This document shows, piece after piece, positions 26,549-35,418 of a stretch of 58,232 nt of DNA (its first letter is position 1; each line of letters opens with the position of its first letter). The DNA comes from Armatimonadota bacterium (GTDB lineage: Bacteria > Vulcanimicrobiota > JACPDT01), in NCBI GenBank assembly GCA_016183865.1, contig JACPDT010000081.1, positions 1-58,232 of the forward strand, written 5' to 3'. A program made the translations under genes and the position numbers. The notes under the pieces are model-generated. The model made no database searches and was not told the origin of the DNA. It saw only the letters and a list, made by a program, of their open reading frames with translations.

Positions 26549-28402
26549 TCAATCGCCGGTCTTGACCTTTACTCGAGCTCCGTCCTTTTTCTCCTCTTTC
26601 TTGCCCAACTGAAAATATGCCTCCAGAACCTTTCTGGCAATGGGCGCCGCCCATTGTCCGCCGAAGCCGCCCGATTGCTCCAAACAAACCGCCACGACGA
26701 TCTCCGGCTTCTTGTAGGGCGCCATGCATACAAACCAGGCGTGGTTCCTGCCGGCAGGGTTCTCGGCACTGGGCATGTTCTCGGCTGTTCCCGTCTTTCC
26801 CGCCACTTCCACCTGGGGGATGTTCGCTGCCGTGGAAGTGCCGTGAGTCACGGCAGCTCTCATCCCCTGCCGCATAAAAGCAAAGTTCCTGGCACTGATG
26901 GGAACCTTCCGAACGAATACAGGGGAATAGGCCCGCACTACTTTGCCTTCCGGGGAAATGGCTTTTTTGAATAGATGGGGCCTGTAGAAGGAACCCGATG
27001 TGGCAACAACGCTGCCCACCACTCCCAGTTGCAGGGGGGTCACCTGAAGATACCCCTGACCGATGGAGAGATTGACCGTCTCCCCCTCATACCATTGATC
27101 GTGCAAGACCTCCTTTTTCCACGCCTCCCCCGGCAAGAGCCCGCCCGATTCACCCGGCATGTCAATTCCGGTGGGTTGTCCGAGACCATACTGGGAGGCG
27201 TAGTAATACAATCTCTTGATTCCCAGCCTGTACCCGCACGTGTAGAAAAAAACGTCGCATGACTGCCCCACAGCCTCCACAAACCCGATCGTCCCGTGCC
27301 CTGATGTCACGAAACAGTGAAAAGGGACTCCCACTCCCATGAACACTCCGCTACAATAAAGGGAGGAGTTGCCTGAAACGATTTTCGACTGGAGGGCTGC
27401 CGTGCCTGTCACCAGCTTGAAGGTGGAGCCGCAGGGGTACGCGCCGGTGATCGCCCGATTGTACAGCGGATAAAAAGGGTGTGTCATCAAGCTTCGATAG
27501 TCCCTTACGGAGATCCCCCCTGCGAAAAGGCTGGGAAAGTACCCGGGCCTTGAAACCATGGCCAGAACCTCCCCTGTTCTCGGATCAAGAGCTACAACGG
27601 CGCCCGGCGTTTTGCTCCCGTTGTTCTTAGCCAGCTCCTGCAAAGTGCTTTCCAGGGCAGTTTCAGCAGCTCTTTGGACCTCATTGTCCAAAGTCAGGTA
27701 GAGGGCGCGTCCGGCAATGGGGTTTCGCTCTCCCAGCACCTTTACCACCCTCCCCTGGGCGTTTACCTCCAGCCTGAGCCCCCCCTCTTTCCCCCTGAGG
27801 AGCTCGTCATATTCCTTCTCAACACCTTCCTTGCCCATGAGATCACCCATTTTGTAGCCTCGGCTTCTCAGCTTCTTCAGTTGTTCTTCGCTGATCTCGC
27901 CTACATAACCCAGGGCGTGACAGGCCATTCGTCCGTAAGGATATTTTCGGATCGGGCGAACATCAAGGTGGACTCCGGGGAGATCCGCCAACCGCTCGCA
28001 CAGGCGGGCCAGTGTTGGGAAATCAAGGTTCTCTCTCAGCTTAAGGGGTGCCGCGGGATTGGTATGGGCTTCGATCTTCTTTCGGATCACGTCAGGACTC
28101 AGGCTCAAAAGGGCGCCCACAAGAGGCAGAACTTCCCCGGGGCGCTTGAGCTCTTCAGGGATGAGAGTCACCTCAAAGGAGGGGGTGTTGCGGACGAGGA
28201 CCCGGCCTTTCCGATCATAAATGTCGCCTCTTGGAGCGGGAATCGGAATCTCCCGAATCCTGTTCTCCTCGGCCCGAAGCCTGAACTGGGCGCCATTGAC
28301 GATCTGGAGAAAGAAAAGCCTGCCGGCTATGACGACAAATGCGGCAATGATTGCAAGGCGAAGCAGAAGAATCCGAAGTTCAAACGCCTTTTGTTCCATC
28401 AC
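26549..28402 (-). CDS. mrdA: Penicillin-binding protein 2 (elongasome transpeptidase)
   Basis: 617 aa. N-terminal TM, PRGDIYDRKG, catalytic STFK (GSTFKLVTG), SGN-type and KTGTA motifs. Confidence 0.9.
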   Translation of the reverse strand: MMEQKAFELRILLLRLAIIAAFVVIAGRLFFLQIVNGAQFRLRAEENRIREIPIPAPRGDIYDRKGRVLVRNTPSFEVTLIPEELKRPGEVLPLVGALLSLSPDVIRKKIEAHTNPAAPLKLRENLDFPTLARLCERLADLPGVHLDVRPIRKYPYGRMACHALGYVGEISEEQLKKLRSRGYKMGDLMGKEGVEKEYDELLRGKEGGLRLEVNAQGRVVKVLGERNPIAGRALYLTLDNEVQRAAETALESTLQELAKNNGSKTPGAVVALDPRTGEVLAMVSRPGYFPSLFAGGISVRDYRSLMTHPFYPLYNRAITGAYPCGSTFKLVTGTAALQSKIVSGNSSLYCSGVFMGVGVPFHCFVTSGHGTIGFVEAVGQSCDVFFYTCGYRLGIKRLYYYASQYGLGQPTGIDMPGESGGLLPGEAWKKEVLHDQWYEGETVNLSIGQGYLQVTPLQLGVVGSVVATSGSFYRPHLFKKAISPEGKVVRAYSPVFVRKVPISARNFAFMRQGMRAAVTHGTSTAANIPQVEVAGKTGTAENMPSAENPAGRNHAWFVCMAPYKKPEIVVAVCLEQSGGFGGQWAAPIARKVLEAYFQLGKKEEKKDGARVKVKTGD

Positions 28403-29276
28403 ACAAGCCTGAAAGTCTTTGTCCGGCGGCCAGAACCGTGTTCCTGCAAACCATGGCGACCGTCATCGGCCCCACTCCCCCAGGCACCGGACTCAATGCC
28501 GAGGCTTTTTGGGAAACCTCATCAAAGGCCACATCCCCGAGGAGCTTGTCTCCAATCCTGTTGATTCCGACATCAATGACTACGGCGCCCTCCTTGACGT
28601 GGTGCGCCTTGATCATCCCGGGCCGTCCGGCGGCCACGACCAGAATGTCCGCTGCCCTGGTGTGCCTGTCCAGATCGGGTGTGCGGGAATGGCAAAGGGT
28701 GACCGTTGCATCCATATGAAGCAAAAGCAGAGAAAGGGGCTTCCCGACAATGGAGCTTCGGCCCACAATGACCGCATGTTTTCCCGAAACACTGATCCCG
28801 CCCTGGCGCAGCATCTCAACCACGCCAAGGGGTGTGCAGGGCGCCAGTTTGGGGGTACCCAGGGTCAGCCGCCCCATGTTTGCCGGTGTGAATCCATCCA
28901 CATCCTTGGCGGGTGAGATTTCGGCGGTGACCACAGAGACAGGCAAATGGGAAGGAAGAGGCAACTGCACAAGGATACCGTCAAGGGCGGGGTTCTGATT
29001 GAGAGAGCGCAATAACCGGCAGAGATCGTCAAGGGAGACGGTCTCGGAGAGATGCTCCTCTGAGGCCGTTATTCCCGTAGCGGCACAGGCTTTCATCTTC
29101 CTTCCCACAAATACCCGGGAGGCGGGATCATCCCCCACTCGAACCACTGTCAGTGAAGGAGGACGGCCCGCCCTTTTCTGAAAATCGGAAACCTCCTCCC
29201 GAACCCTCTCAAGGACTCTTCGAGCCATCATCTTTCCATCGAGAATCTGTGATGTCAACAAGGCTTCTCCCATCAA
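28380..29276 (-). CDS. folD: Bifunctional methylenetetrahydrofolate dehydrogenase/cyclohydrolase
   Basis: ILDGKMMA..., VGDDPASRVFVGRKMKAC, ILVQLPLPSHL, VIVGRSSIVGKPL and PVPGGVGPMTVAM blocks. Confidence 0.9.
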   Translation of the reverse strand: MMGEALLTSQILDGKMMARRVLERVREEVSDFQKRAGRPPSLTVVRVGDDPASRVFVGRKMKACAATGITASEEHLSETVSLDDLCRLLRSLNQNPALDGILVQLPLPSHLPVSVVTAEISPAKDVDGFTPANMGRLTLGTPKLAPCTPLGVVEMLRQGGISVSGKHAVIVGRSSIVGKPLSLLLLHMDATVTLCHSRTPDLDRHTRAADILVVAAGRPGMIKAHHVKEGAVVIDVGINRIGDKLLGDVAFDEVSQKASALSPVPGGVGPMTVAMVCRNTVLAAGQRLSGLCDGTKGV

Positions 29277-29770
29277 TTTCTATGAAAAAATTCCTTAGGC
29301 CTCACAACCAGCGGTCTGATCACCAGATTGACCACGAGCGCCAACGCGGCATTCAAAGCGGCAAAGGGATAGAGCAGCTCCTTCCACGGCAACGGGTAAG
29401 GGGGCACATTCCCTGAAAAGGCCAGAAAATAGAAGACAACCTGCTCGAGAAAAGAAAAGGCATACACCGCCAGTGCGGGAATGAATACGGAATCGGGAGA
29501 GACCCGGGAAGGCACCACCCCTGCCAGGAACCCGACGGATGTCTTCACAAAAGCGAGGACCCCGGCGCTCCTCCCACTGGCGAAATCCTCCAGCACCCCT
29601 GCCAGGAAGCCAAAGGCGGTCCCAGTCTGCGAACCTTTCAGCAGAGCCACGCAGACGACCATCACCGTGATCAGCTCAGGCCTGTATCCCGCGGGAAGTA
29701 TTACAGGGAATACCGATGTCTGGAGAACCAGAAAAAGCAGGAGAATGATCGCCAGTTGGGCCGGTTTCAT
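29273..29770 (-). CDS. mreD: Rod shape-determining protein MreD
   Basis: I start it at ATG 29770 (MKPAQLAIILLLFLVLQTSVF...), which overlaps the mreC stop as ATGA. 165 aa, polytopic, in the right position after mreC. The track ORF extends further 5' inside mreC. Confidence 0.7.
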   Translation of the reverse strand: MKPAQLAIILLLFLVLQTSVFPVILPAGYRPELITVMVVCVALLKGSQTGTAFGFLAGVLEDFASGRSAGVLAFVKTSVGFLAGVVPSRVSPDSVFIPALAVYAFSFLEQVVFYFLAFSGNVPPYPLPWKELLYPFAALNAALALVVNLVIRPLVVRPKEFFHRN

Positions 29771-30570
29771 CGCTCCACCACGAGCACCGACTCGATTGCC
29801 GCAAAATCCACAAGGGGGCGAATCCTTGCCATCTTGAAGAGCACGTCCTCCTTCTTGATCACCGCCGAAACCCGTCCAATGGGCGTTCCTTTGGGGAAAA
29901 GCTCTCCCATGCCCGAGGAGACGATGGTGTCCTTTTCCTTGATCGGAGCATCGTGTGCAATATACTTCATGATGCACTGATCCCCTCCCTGGCCGAACAC
30001 GATTCCAAGAGTCCTTCCCTCTGCAATCTGTGCCGGAACGGCACTGTCGGGATCCAGAATGAGGAGCACCCGGGACACAAAGGGAGAGACCTGGAAAATA
30101 CGACCTACCAGACCACCGGGAGTCAGGACGATCATGTCCTTTGTGATTCCATGGCTGGACCCTTTGTCAATAAGCACTGTATGAAACCATCGAGTGGGAT
30201 CTCTGCCCACAACCTCGGCAGGGATCGTCTTCTTGGCAATCCTGCTTCGAAAAGTCAGGAGACTGCGCAGTCTCTCGTTTTCATAGCCCTGGTCCTTCAG
30301 CTTCTCGATCTCGGTCGCATACAGACTCAAACGAGCCTTGAGAGATTCGATGCTTTCGGAGTCCTCCCTCGGGAAAAGGTCTGAGAACAGTCCCGAAGCC
30401 CCCCTCGTGATCCATCCGAAGATCTTTTGGATCGGGGCCATCACCGTTTCCAGCGCACCTTCCACCGGATTCATGAGCTGGTTGGCCGTGACATGGACCT
30501 GCACAAAAACGAGAAAAGCGCTCAAGAAGAACAGGAGCACATACGTTTCCCAATGAACTCTAACAAACAT
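29767..30570 (-). CDS. mreC: Rod shape-determining protein MreC
   Basis: 267 aa. N-terminal TM, coiled-coil (LKARLSLYATEIEKLKDQGYENERLRSLL), C-terminal beta domains (VLTPGGLVGRIFQV, IVSSGMGELFPKGTPIGRV). Confidence 0.85.
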   Translation of the reverse strand: MFVRVHWETYVLLFFLSAFLVFVQVHVTANQLMNPVEGALETVMAPIQKIFGWITRGASGLFSDLFPREDSESIESLKARLSLYATEIEKLKDQGYENERLRSLLTFRSRIAKKTIPAEVVGRDPTRWFHTVLIDKGSSHGITKDMIVLTPGGLVGRIFQVSPFVSRVLLILDPDSAVPAQIAEGRTLGIVFGQGGDQCIMKYIAHDAPIKEKDTIVSSGMGELFPKGTPIGRVSAVIKKEDVLFKMARIRPLVDFAAIESVLVVER

Positions 30571-31309
30571 GGCTCTCCAGAAAATCAGGCCCCATCATTC
30601 TTTTCTCCATGCGACTCTCCAGGTGTATTCTCAAGGAGTTGCGCAACTGATCCTCTTCCACCAGGCCCAGGCGAAGACGACCGATCCTGGAGAAAGGGGT
30701 CTTTGCAAGAAAGTGTATGGCCTCAAGACTCGCTCTCCCCAGAAAAAGGGAACGGTCATCCCGGGACGCACATTTTGCGCATAAGAGCCCGCCCAGGGCC
30801 GGACTGAAATATCCCCCTCCGGAGATTCGCCGGCTTTCGAGGCAGGAAGCGCATCGGTGTAAGGCGGGAAAATACCCCAGGTGAAGGGACAGTTTCGCCT
30901 CAAAGGAGCGAAGACCCAGGAAGATCTCCCCTCCTTCGTCCAGGTGGGCCAGCCCGCCAAAGAGAAGTCTGTACAGGCCGCCATCGCCCCCCCCTTCTTC
31001 CGTAAAGTTATATATGAGCTCCAGAAGGTAGGAGGCGGCGGCAATTCTCGCAAGGTCTTCCCTGATGTGGGAGAAGCTCCTCCGAAGCTCAGCCTGGCTG
31101 ATCACATCCAGATTCCGTCCCTCTGCCACAAGCAGATTCACACAAGAGAAGGTCTCCAGCTTTCCGGAGAAGCGGCTGGTAAGTTTGCGCACCCCTTTTG
31201 CCGTTGCCCTGATCTTGCCTCTGCCTGGTGAAAAAAAGGTGACAATCCGATCCGATTCCCCCAGATCATTCCGCTTCATGACAATGGCAGAGGTCTTATA
31301 AAGCCCCAT
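30560..31309 (-). CDS. recO: DNA repair protein RecO
   Basis: 249 aa. TSAIVMKRNDLGESDRIVTFFSPGRGKIRATAKGVRK OB-fold N-terminus. Zn-finger-like CASC...C.KC. Confidence 0.8.
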   Translation of the reverse strand: MGLYKTSAIVMKRNDLGESDRIVTFFSPGRGKIRATAKGVRKLTSRFSGKLETFSCVNLLVAEGRNLDVISQAELRRSFSHIREDLARIAAASYLLELIYNFTEEGGGDGGLYRLLFGGLAHLDEGGEIFLGLRSFEAKLSLHLGYFPALHRCASCLESRRISGGGYFSPALGGLLCAKCASRDDRSLFLGRASLEAIHFLAKTPFSRIGRLRLGLVEEDQLRNSLRIHLESRMEKRMMGPDFLESHVC

Positions 31310-32268
31310 CAGTATTTTCCGGACATTTTTTCCGGCGGAGATTGTTTCATGATGGCAACACTCGCGCTCGCGCCGATACGGGTGGCCCCTGCCTGAATCA
31401 TCTTCTGGGCGGTCGCAAAGTCGCGGATACCGCCTGATGCCTTGACACCCATATATTTTCCAACGGTTTGCCGCATCAGAGAAACGTCATGGACAGTGGC
31501 CCCTCCCGGACCGAATCCTGTGGATGTTTTTACAAAATCGGCCCCTGCTTCCTTTGCCATCTGACAAGCCTTCACTTTCTCCTCATCCGAAAGAAGAGCA
31601 GTCTCCAGGATGACTTTCAGAATCTTGTCTCCACAGGCCTCTCGGACCGCCTCAATGTCCCGCTTTACCAGATCATGGTTCCCCGCTTTCAGCGCTCCGA
31701 TGTTGATCACCATGTCAATTTCCGTGGCCCCATTGGCAATGGCGTCCCGTGTTTCCATGGCTTTTGCCACCGTAGTAGTGGCGCCCAGGGGGAAGCCGAC
31801 CACGGTACAGACCTTTACAGGCGTACCCCTCAATATCTCCGCACACAGAGGCACATGGGACGGATTCACGCAAACAGAGGCAAAGCGATATTTCTTCGCC
31901 TCTTCACACAAGCGCACGATCTCTTCCCTTGTGGCATCGGGCTTCAACAGGGTATGATCAATCATGTCCGCCAATTGCTGATCCAGCTTGGGCAACCCCA
32001 GAGTCGCCCCAACCCGCTCCGCGCCGACAGAGATTACCTGCTCCACTTTGTCTTCGATCTTCAGAGGACAAAGTCCGCAAGAGTCGCATTCACCGGAAAG
32101 GGCTGCACATGGAGCAAACTGGACGGGCTCCAGAACATATCGCCTGGCGCCCTGGACCTCTCTTTTCACCGGGGCCGCAATGTCACCGCCCCGAATCTGA
32201 ACTCCCTGGGATTCCAACTGACGCACCACTTCCGATGTCACAGCCTCAACAAGGCGATTGAGATCCAT
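31309..32268 (-). CDS. deoC: Deoxyribose-phosphate aldolase (DERA) with a ~95-aa N-terminal extension (encapsulation-peptide-like helix plus Cys motif)
   Basis: Core: [52 protein letters not shown] (Schiff-base Lys region), VKASGGIR. Start chosen at ATG 32268 (GGAG 9 nt upstream); alternatives are ATG 32283 and TTG 32295. Confidence 0.85.
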   Translation of the reverse strand: MDLNRLVEAVTSEVVRQLESQGVQIRGGDIAAPVKREVQGARRYVLEPVQFAPCAALSGECDSCGLCPLKIEDKVEQVISVGAERVGATLGLPKLDQQLADMIDHTLLKPDATREEIVRLCEEAKKYRFASVCVNPSHVPLCAEILRGTPVKVCTVVGFPLGATTTVAKAMETRDAIANGATEIDMVINIGALKAGNHDLVKRDIEAVREACGDKILKVILETALLSDEEKVKACQMAKEAGADFVKTSTGFGPGGATVHDVSLMRQTVGKYMGVKASGGIRDFATAQKMIQAGATRIGASASVAIMKQSPPEKMSGKY

Positions 32269-32284
32269 GTACCTACGCTCCATT

Positions 32285-32560
32285 TCAGATTTCAAAATCT
32301 ATCCGGTCCACTACGCCGACTATCACGGCTTCGCACGGGTTTTTCTCATTCCGGAGCAGCATGCGCGCCGATCCGCCTTCATAAAGGACGAGCACCGTAT
32401 CTCCGATGCCTGAGTCCACAATGTCTACCGCAAGAATGGTAGTCTCCGTGAATCTCTTTTTCAACACGTCATAGGGCTCTACAAGCATGAGCTTGGACCC
32501 GCGGAAGTTCTCTTCCTTTATGGTTGCCACGATGTTTCCCACAACTCTTCCAAGGGTCAT
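32285..32560 (-). CDS. BMC vertex (pentamer) protein, EutN/CcmL family (BMC-P 3)
   Basis: [27 protein letters not shown]...[15 protein letters not shown]...[12 protein letters not shown] overlap with the upstream BMC-P. Confidence 0.85.
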   Translation of the reverse strand: MTLGRVVGNIVATIKEENFRGSKLMLVEPYDVLKKRFTETTILAVDIVDSGIGDTVLVLYEGGSARMLLRNEKNPCEAVIVGVVDRIDFEI

Positions 32561-32835
32561 GAGGGCGCTTGCTCCAGATTCATCGTATCCACGATCCCCA
32601 CGATACAGGCATCAATGGGGGCTCCAGGCACAGGCCAGGGAATGGAACCCTCCCTTCCCTTGACCAGATACACAAAATCGCCGTATCCGGCCTGTACCAC
32701 ATCCACAGCGACAAGTGGCTTGCCCTCTTTTTTTCTGAGATGCGTGTAGCTCTGGACAATCAGGAGCTTCGCCCCTTCCAATTTCTCGTCTTTTCTGGTG
32801 GCCACTACACGGCCTATCACTTTTCCCAAAAACAT
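32557..32835 (-). CDS. BMC vertex (pentamer) protein, EutN/CcmL family (BMC-P 2)
   Basis: Start at ATG 32835 (MFLGKVIGRVVATRKDEKLEGAKLLIV...), overlapping the rpiB stop as TGATG. The track ORF extends further 5'. Confidence 0.85.
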   Translation of the reverse strand: MFLGKVIGRVVATRKDEKLEGAKLLIVQSYTHLRKKEGKPLVAVDVVQAGYGDFVYLVKGREGSIPWPVPGAPIDACIVGIVDTMNLEQAPS

Positions 32836-33296
32836 CAGGAATCGCAACACTTGACAAATTTTTTCTCGATATCCATAATCTTCTGAACGCGCCTCGAGTG
32901 ATGGAACCCCAAAAACTTGCAGGAAAGCCACACCTTGACGATCTCTCTCGCAAGACCGACGCCGATGACCCTTCCTCCCATTGTCAGAACATTGGCATCA
33001 TTGTGCTCCCTGGAGTTCCGTGCACAGAAGAGATCATTGCACACGGCCGCACGGATGCCGGGCACCTTGTTGCACACCATGGCCGACCCGATTCCCGCGC
33101 CGTCAATCATGATTCCCACAGTGTTTTCCTGCTTTGCCACCGTGTCTGCGACAAGAAAGGCAAAGTCGGGGTAATCCACCGATTCCGATGAATAAGTGCC
33201 GTAGTCCACACAATCATAACCCAGTTCCCGAATATATGTCTTCAAATCCTCTTTGAGGGCAAAACCTCCGTGGTCGCCGGCAATGACAACTTTCAT
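32835..33296 (-). CDS. rpiB: Ribose-5-phosphate isomerase B (LacAB/RpiB family)
   Basis: MKVVIAGDHGGFALKEDL...DYG...VDYPDFA...GIMIDGAGIGSAMVCNKVPGIRAA...ARNSREHNDANVLTMG. Confidence 0.9.
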   Translation of the reverse strand: MKVVIAGDHGGFALKEDLKTYIRELGYDCVDYGTYSSESVDYPDFAFLVADTVAKQENTVGIMIDGAGIGSAMVCNKVPGIRAAVCNDLFCARNSREHNDANVLTMGGRVIGVGLAREIVKVWLSCKFLGFHHSRRVQKIMDIEKKFVKCCDS

Positions 33297-33301
33297 GACG
33301 A

Positions 33302-33601
33302 TTACACCCTGTAGCTTACGGCTTGCTCCGGCACAGGCAGGATCTTCTCAACCTCCTCGTGAGGCCTGGGGATCACATGAGCCGAAATGAGAGTTCCCAC
33401 CTTGCGGGCCGCCTGTGCGCCTGCATCCACGGCTGCCTTTACGGCGCCCACGTCCCCCCGAACCATCGCCGTCACCAGACCGGCTCCGATGCGGACTTCG
33501 CCGATCAAGACAACCTTGGCGGCTTTGGTCATGGCGTCTGCAGCCTCAATGACCCCCACCAATCCCTGAGTTTCGATCATGCCCAGCGCTTCCATTGACA
33601 T
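33302..33601 (-). CDS. BMC shell hexamer protein (BMC-H, PduA/EutM-like) 2
   Basis: [31 protein letters not shown]...[23 protein letters not shown]...AHVIPRPH is a canonical single BMC domain. Confidence 0.95.
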   Translation of the reverse strand: MSMEALGMIETQGLVGVIEAADAMTKAAKVVLIGEVRIGAGLVTAMVRGDVGAVKAAVDAGAQAARKVGTLISAHVIPRPHEEVEKILPVPEQAVSYRV

Positions 33602-33617
33602 GTTTCACCGCTCCAGT

Positions 33618-35093
33618 CTAAATGATTCTGAAATAATCCACGAGGACGCACCTTCTCGTCCGGGTAAAATGACGAGCCGATGTGATCCCTTCCCCTGTAA
33701 GACAACCGATGGTCATGGTCGTGTTCCCCTCTCCCCCGTACCCGAGTCCTGAGTAGATGGGAGCATTTTTCACAAATATCGCCGTATCTATGCGGTGAGC
33801 CATATTGCTCAGGTTTTCCACATTTCTTGAATGCATGGAAGCCGAATGTCCGTTTCCCTTTTCCGCTTTCACGGCCAGATCCATGGCTTCCTGCACATTG
33901 CCGACACGGACGAGAGGGAGAACAGGCATCATCTGCTCCGTCATCACAAGAGGATGAGTCCGATCCACCTCAGAGATGAGAACTCTCACCGATGTGGGTA
34001 CATCGAGGCCGATGGCCCGTGCGAGAACCCTGGCATCTTTTCCGATGAAATCCCGATTCATGGTCGCTTCCGGACACCCCGCAGATCCCTCTTTTGTGAT
34101 CACTTTCAGGAGCTGCTCCAACTGGGAGGGGGAAAGCTCATAAGCTGAATAGGCGGTCATTTCTTTCTTGAGCTGATCGAAAACGGCGTCAACGGCAAAA
34201 ACTTCCTTCTCGCATTGACACATGATGTTATTGTCAAAGGACGACCCATCCACAATCGCCCTGGCAGCCTTGGGAATGTCGGCGGTCTCATCCACAACGG
34301 ATGGAGGGTTGCCGGGGCCCGCTGCAATCGTTCGCTTTCCCGATTGCATGGCCGCGCGAACAACGCCGGGCCCGCCGGTCACCACGAGTAAGCGGATCTT
34401 GGGATTGCGCATCGTCGCCTGACTGGTTTCAATGGTAGGCTCGGCGATGGAGGTGAGCAGATGAGAAGGGCCTCCCACTTTCCGTATTGCCTGGTTCAAG
34501 ATCTCAATCGCTCTCAAGCTCACTTTCTTCGCGCCGGGGTGAGGATTGAAAACAACGGCATTTCCCGAAGCGATCATCCCGATCGAGTTGTTTATGATGG
34601 TTGCCGCAGGATTCGTTGAAGGGGTGATGGAGCCGATGAGCTTGTAGGGCGCCATCTCAATGAGGGTCAAACCGCGGTCTCCCGTATGAGCCACAGATTC
34701 CAGGTCTTCTATCCCGGGGGTTTTGTCTGCTACCAGGTTGTTCTTTCGAATCTTGTCCTCCACGCGCCCGAGACCCGTCTCCTGGACGGCCATCTCCGCC
34801 AGCTCCCGGGCATGGGAGCGGGCCGTATCCCGCATGGCTTCAATGATCTCCTTTCTCTTTTCCAGAGTGAGGCGGGCCAACTCCTGATAGCTCCGTTCCG
34901 CGGCCTCAATGGCCCGCTCCTGGGTTGCAAAAATCCCTGATTCTTCATTCGCGGAAACTGCTGGTGCAAGGCTCTTCTCACCAAAAGGGGACGACTTGAG
35001 CGCCCCATCTCCGGTCGTCCCGGCGACTCTTCGCACCACTTCTTCCACGATTCTGCCGATTTCCGATCTATCCAGTTGCAACATCACTCGCAC
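33618..35093 (-). CDS. CoA-acylating aldehyde dehydrogenase (PduP/EutE-like) with an N-terminal encapsulation-peptide-like helix
   Basis: 491 aa. ITPSTNP, FNPHPGAKK, PGNPP and FDNNIMCQCEKE (catalytic Cys context) are typical of BMC aldehyde dehydrogenases. N-terminus is LDRSEIGRIVEEVVRRV. Start may be GTG 35093 or ATG 35084. Confidence 0.9.
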   Translation of the reverse strand: MRVMLQLDRSEIGRIVEEVVRRVAGTTGDGALKSSPFGEKSLAPAVSANEESGIFATQERAIEAAERSYQELARLTLEKRKEIIEAMRDTARSHARELAEMAVQETGLGRVEDKIRKNNLVADKTPGIEDLESVAHTGDRGLTLIEMAPYKLIGSITPSTNPAATIINNSIGMIASGNAVVFNPHPGAKKVSLRAIEILNQAIRKVGGPSHLLTSIAEPTIETSQATMRNPKIRLLVVTGGPGVVRAAMQSGKRTIAAGPGNPPSVVDETADIPKAARAIVDGSSFDNNIMCQCEKEVFAVDAVFDQLKKEMTAYSAYELSPSQLEQLLKVITKEGSAGCPEATMNRDFIGKDARVLARAIGLDVPTSVRVLISEVDRTHPLVMTEQMMPVLPLVRVGNVQEAMDLAVKAEKGNGHSASMHSRNVENLSNMAHRIDTAIFVKNAPIYSGLGYGGEGNTTMTIGCLTGEGITSARHFTRTRRCVLVDYFRII

Positions 35094-35108
35094 CGCCTGA
35101 CATTGGTG

Positions 35109-35414
35109 TTATTGCCCGTCCCTGTGTTTCTCAAATGTCAACATACCCTCTATCTCAATGGTGTCAATAATTCCCATGATCACGGCATCCACAGGGGTGT
35201 TCTGAGTCCGTGCCGTCAGCCTGGCGGAACTGCCGCTGACCACGAGAACCATCTCACCCTGGCCGGCGCCGATGCTGTCCACCGCCACCAGCGGCCTCCC
35301 GTCAGGCTGAAAAGTCTTGGTATCCATCGGAAGAACCAATTGGAGCTTGGCCCCTGTCAGCTTCTCATCCTTCTGGGTGCACACTATGGTCCCGATCACT
35401 TTGCAGATAATCAT
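35109..35414 (-). CDS. BMC vertex (pentamer) protein, EutN/CcmL family (BMC-P 1)
   Basis: MIICKVIGTIVCTQKDEKLTGAKLQLV...AVDSIGAGQGEMVLVVSGSSAR...AVIMGIID. Confidence 0.85.
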   Translation of the reverse strand: MIICKVIGTIVCTQKDEKLTGAKLQLVLPMDTKTFQPDGRPLVAVDSIGAGQGEMVLVVSGSSARLTARTQNTPVDAVIMGIIDTIEIEGMLTFEKHRDGQ

Positions 35415-35418
35415 GATC

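Noticed and set aside
29771-29977. Extended 5' parts of the mreD (29273..29977) and BMC-P 2 (32557..32931) track ORFs.
   Set aside because: Internal ATGs that overlap the upstream stop codons (ATGA, TGATG) give proteins of canonical length and N-termini. The extensions lie inside the upstream genes.
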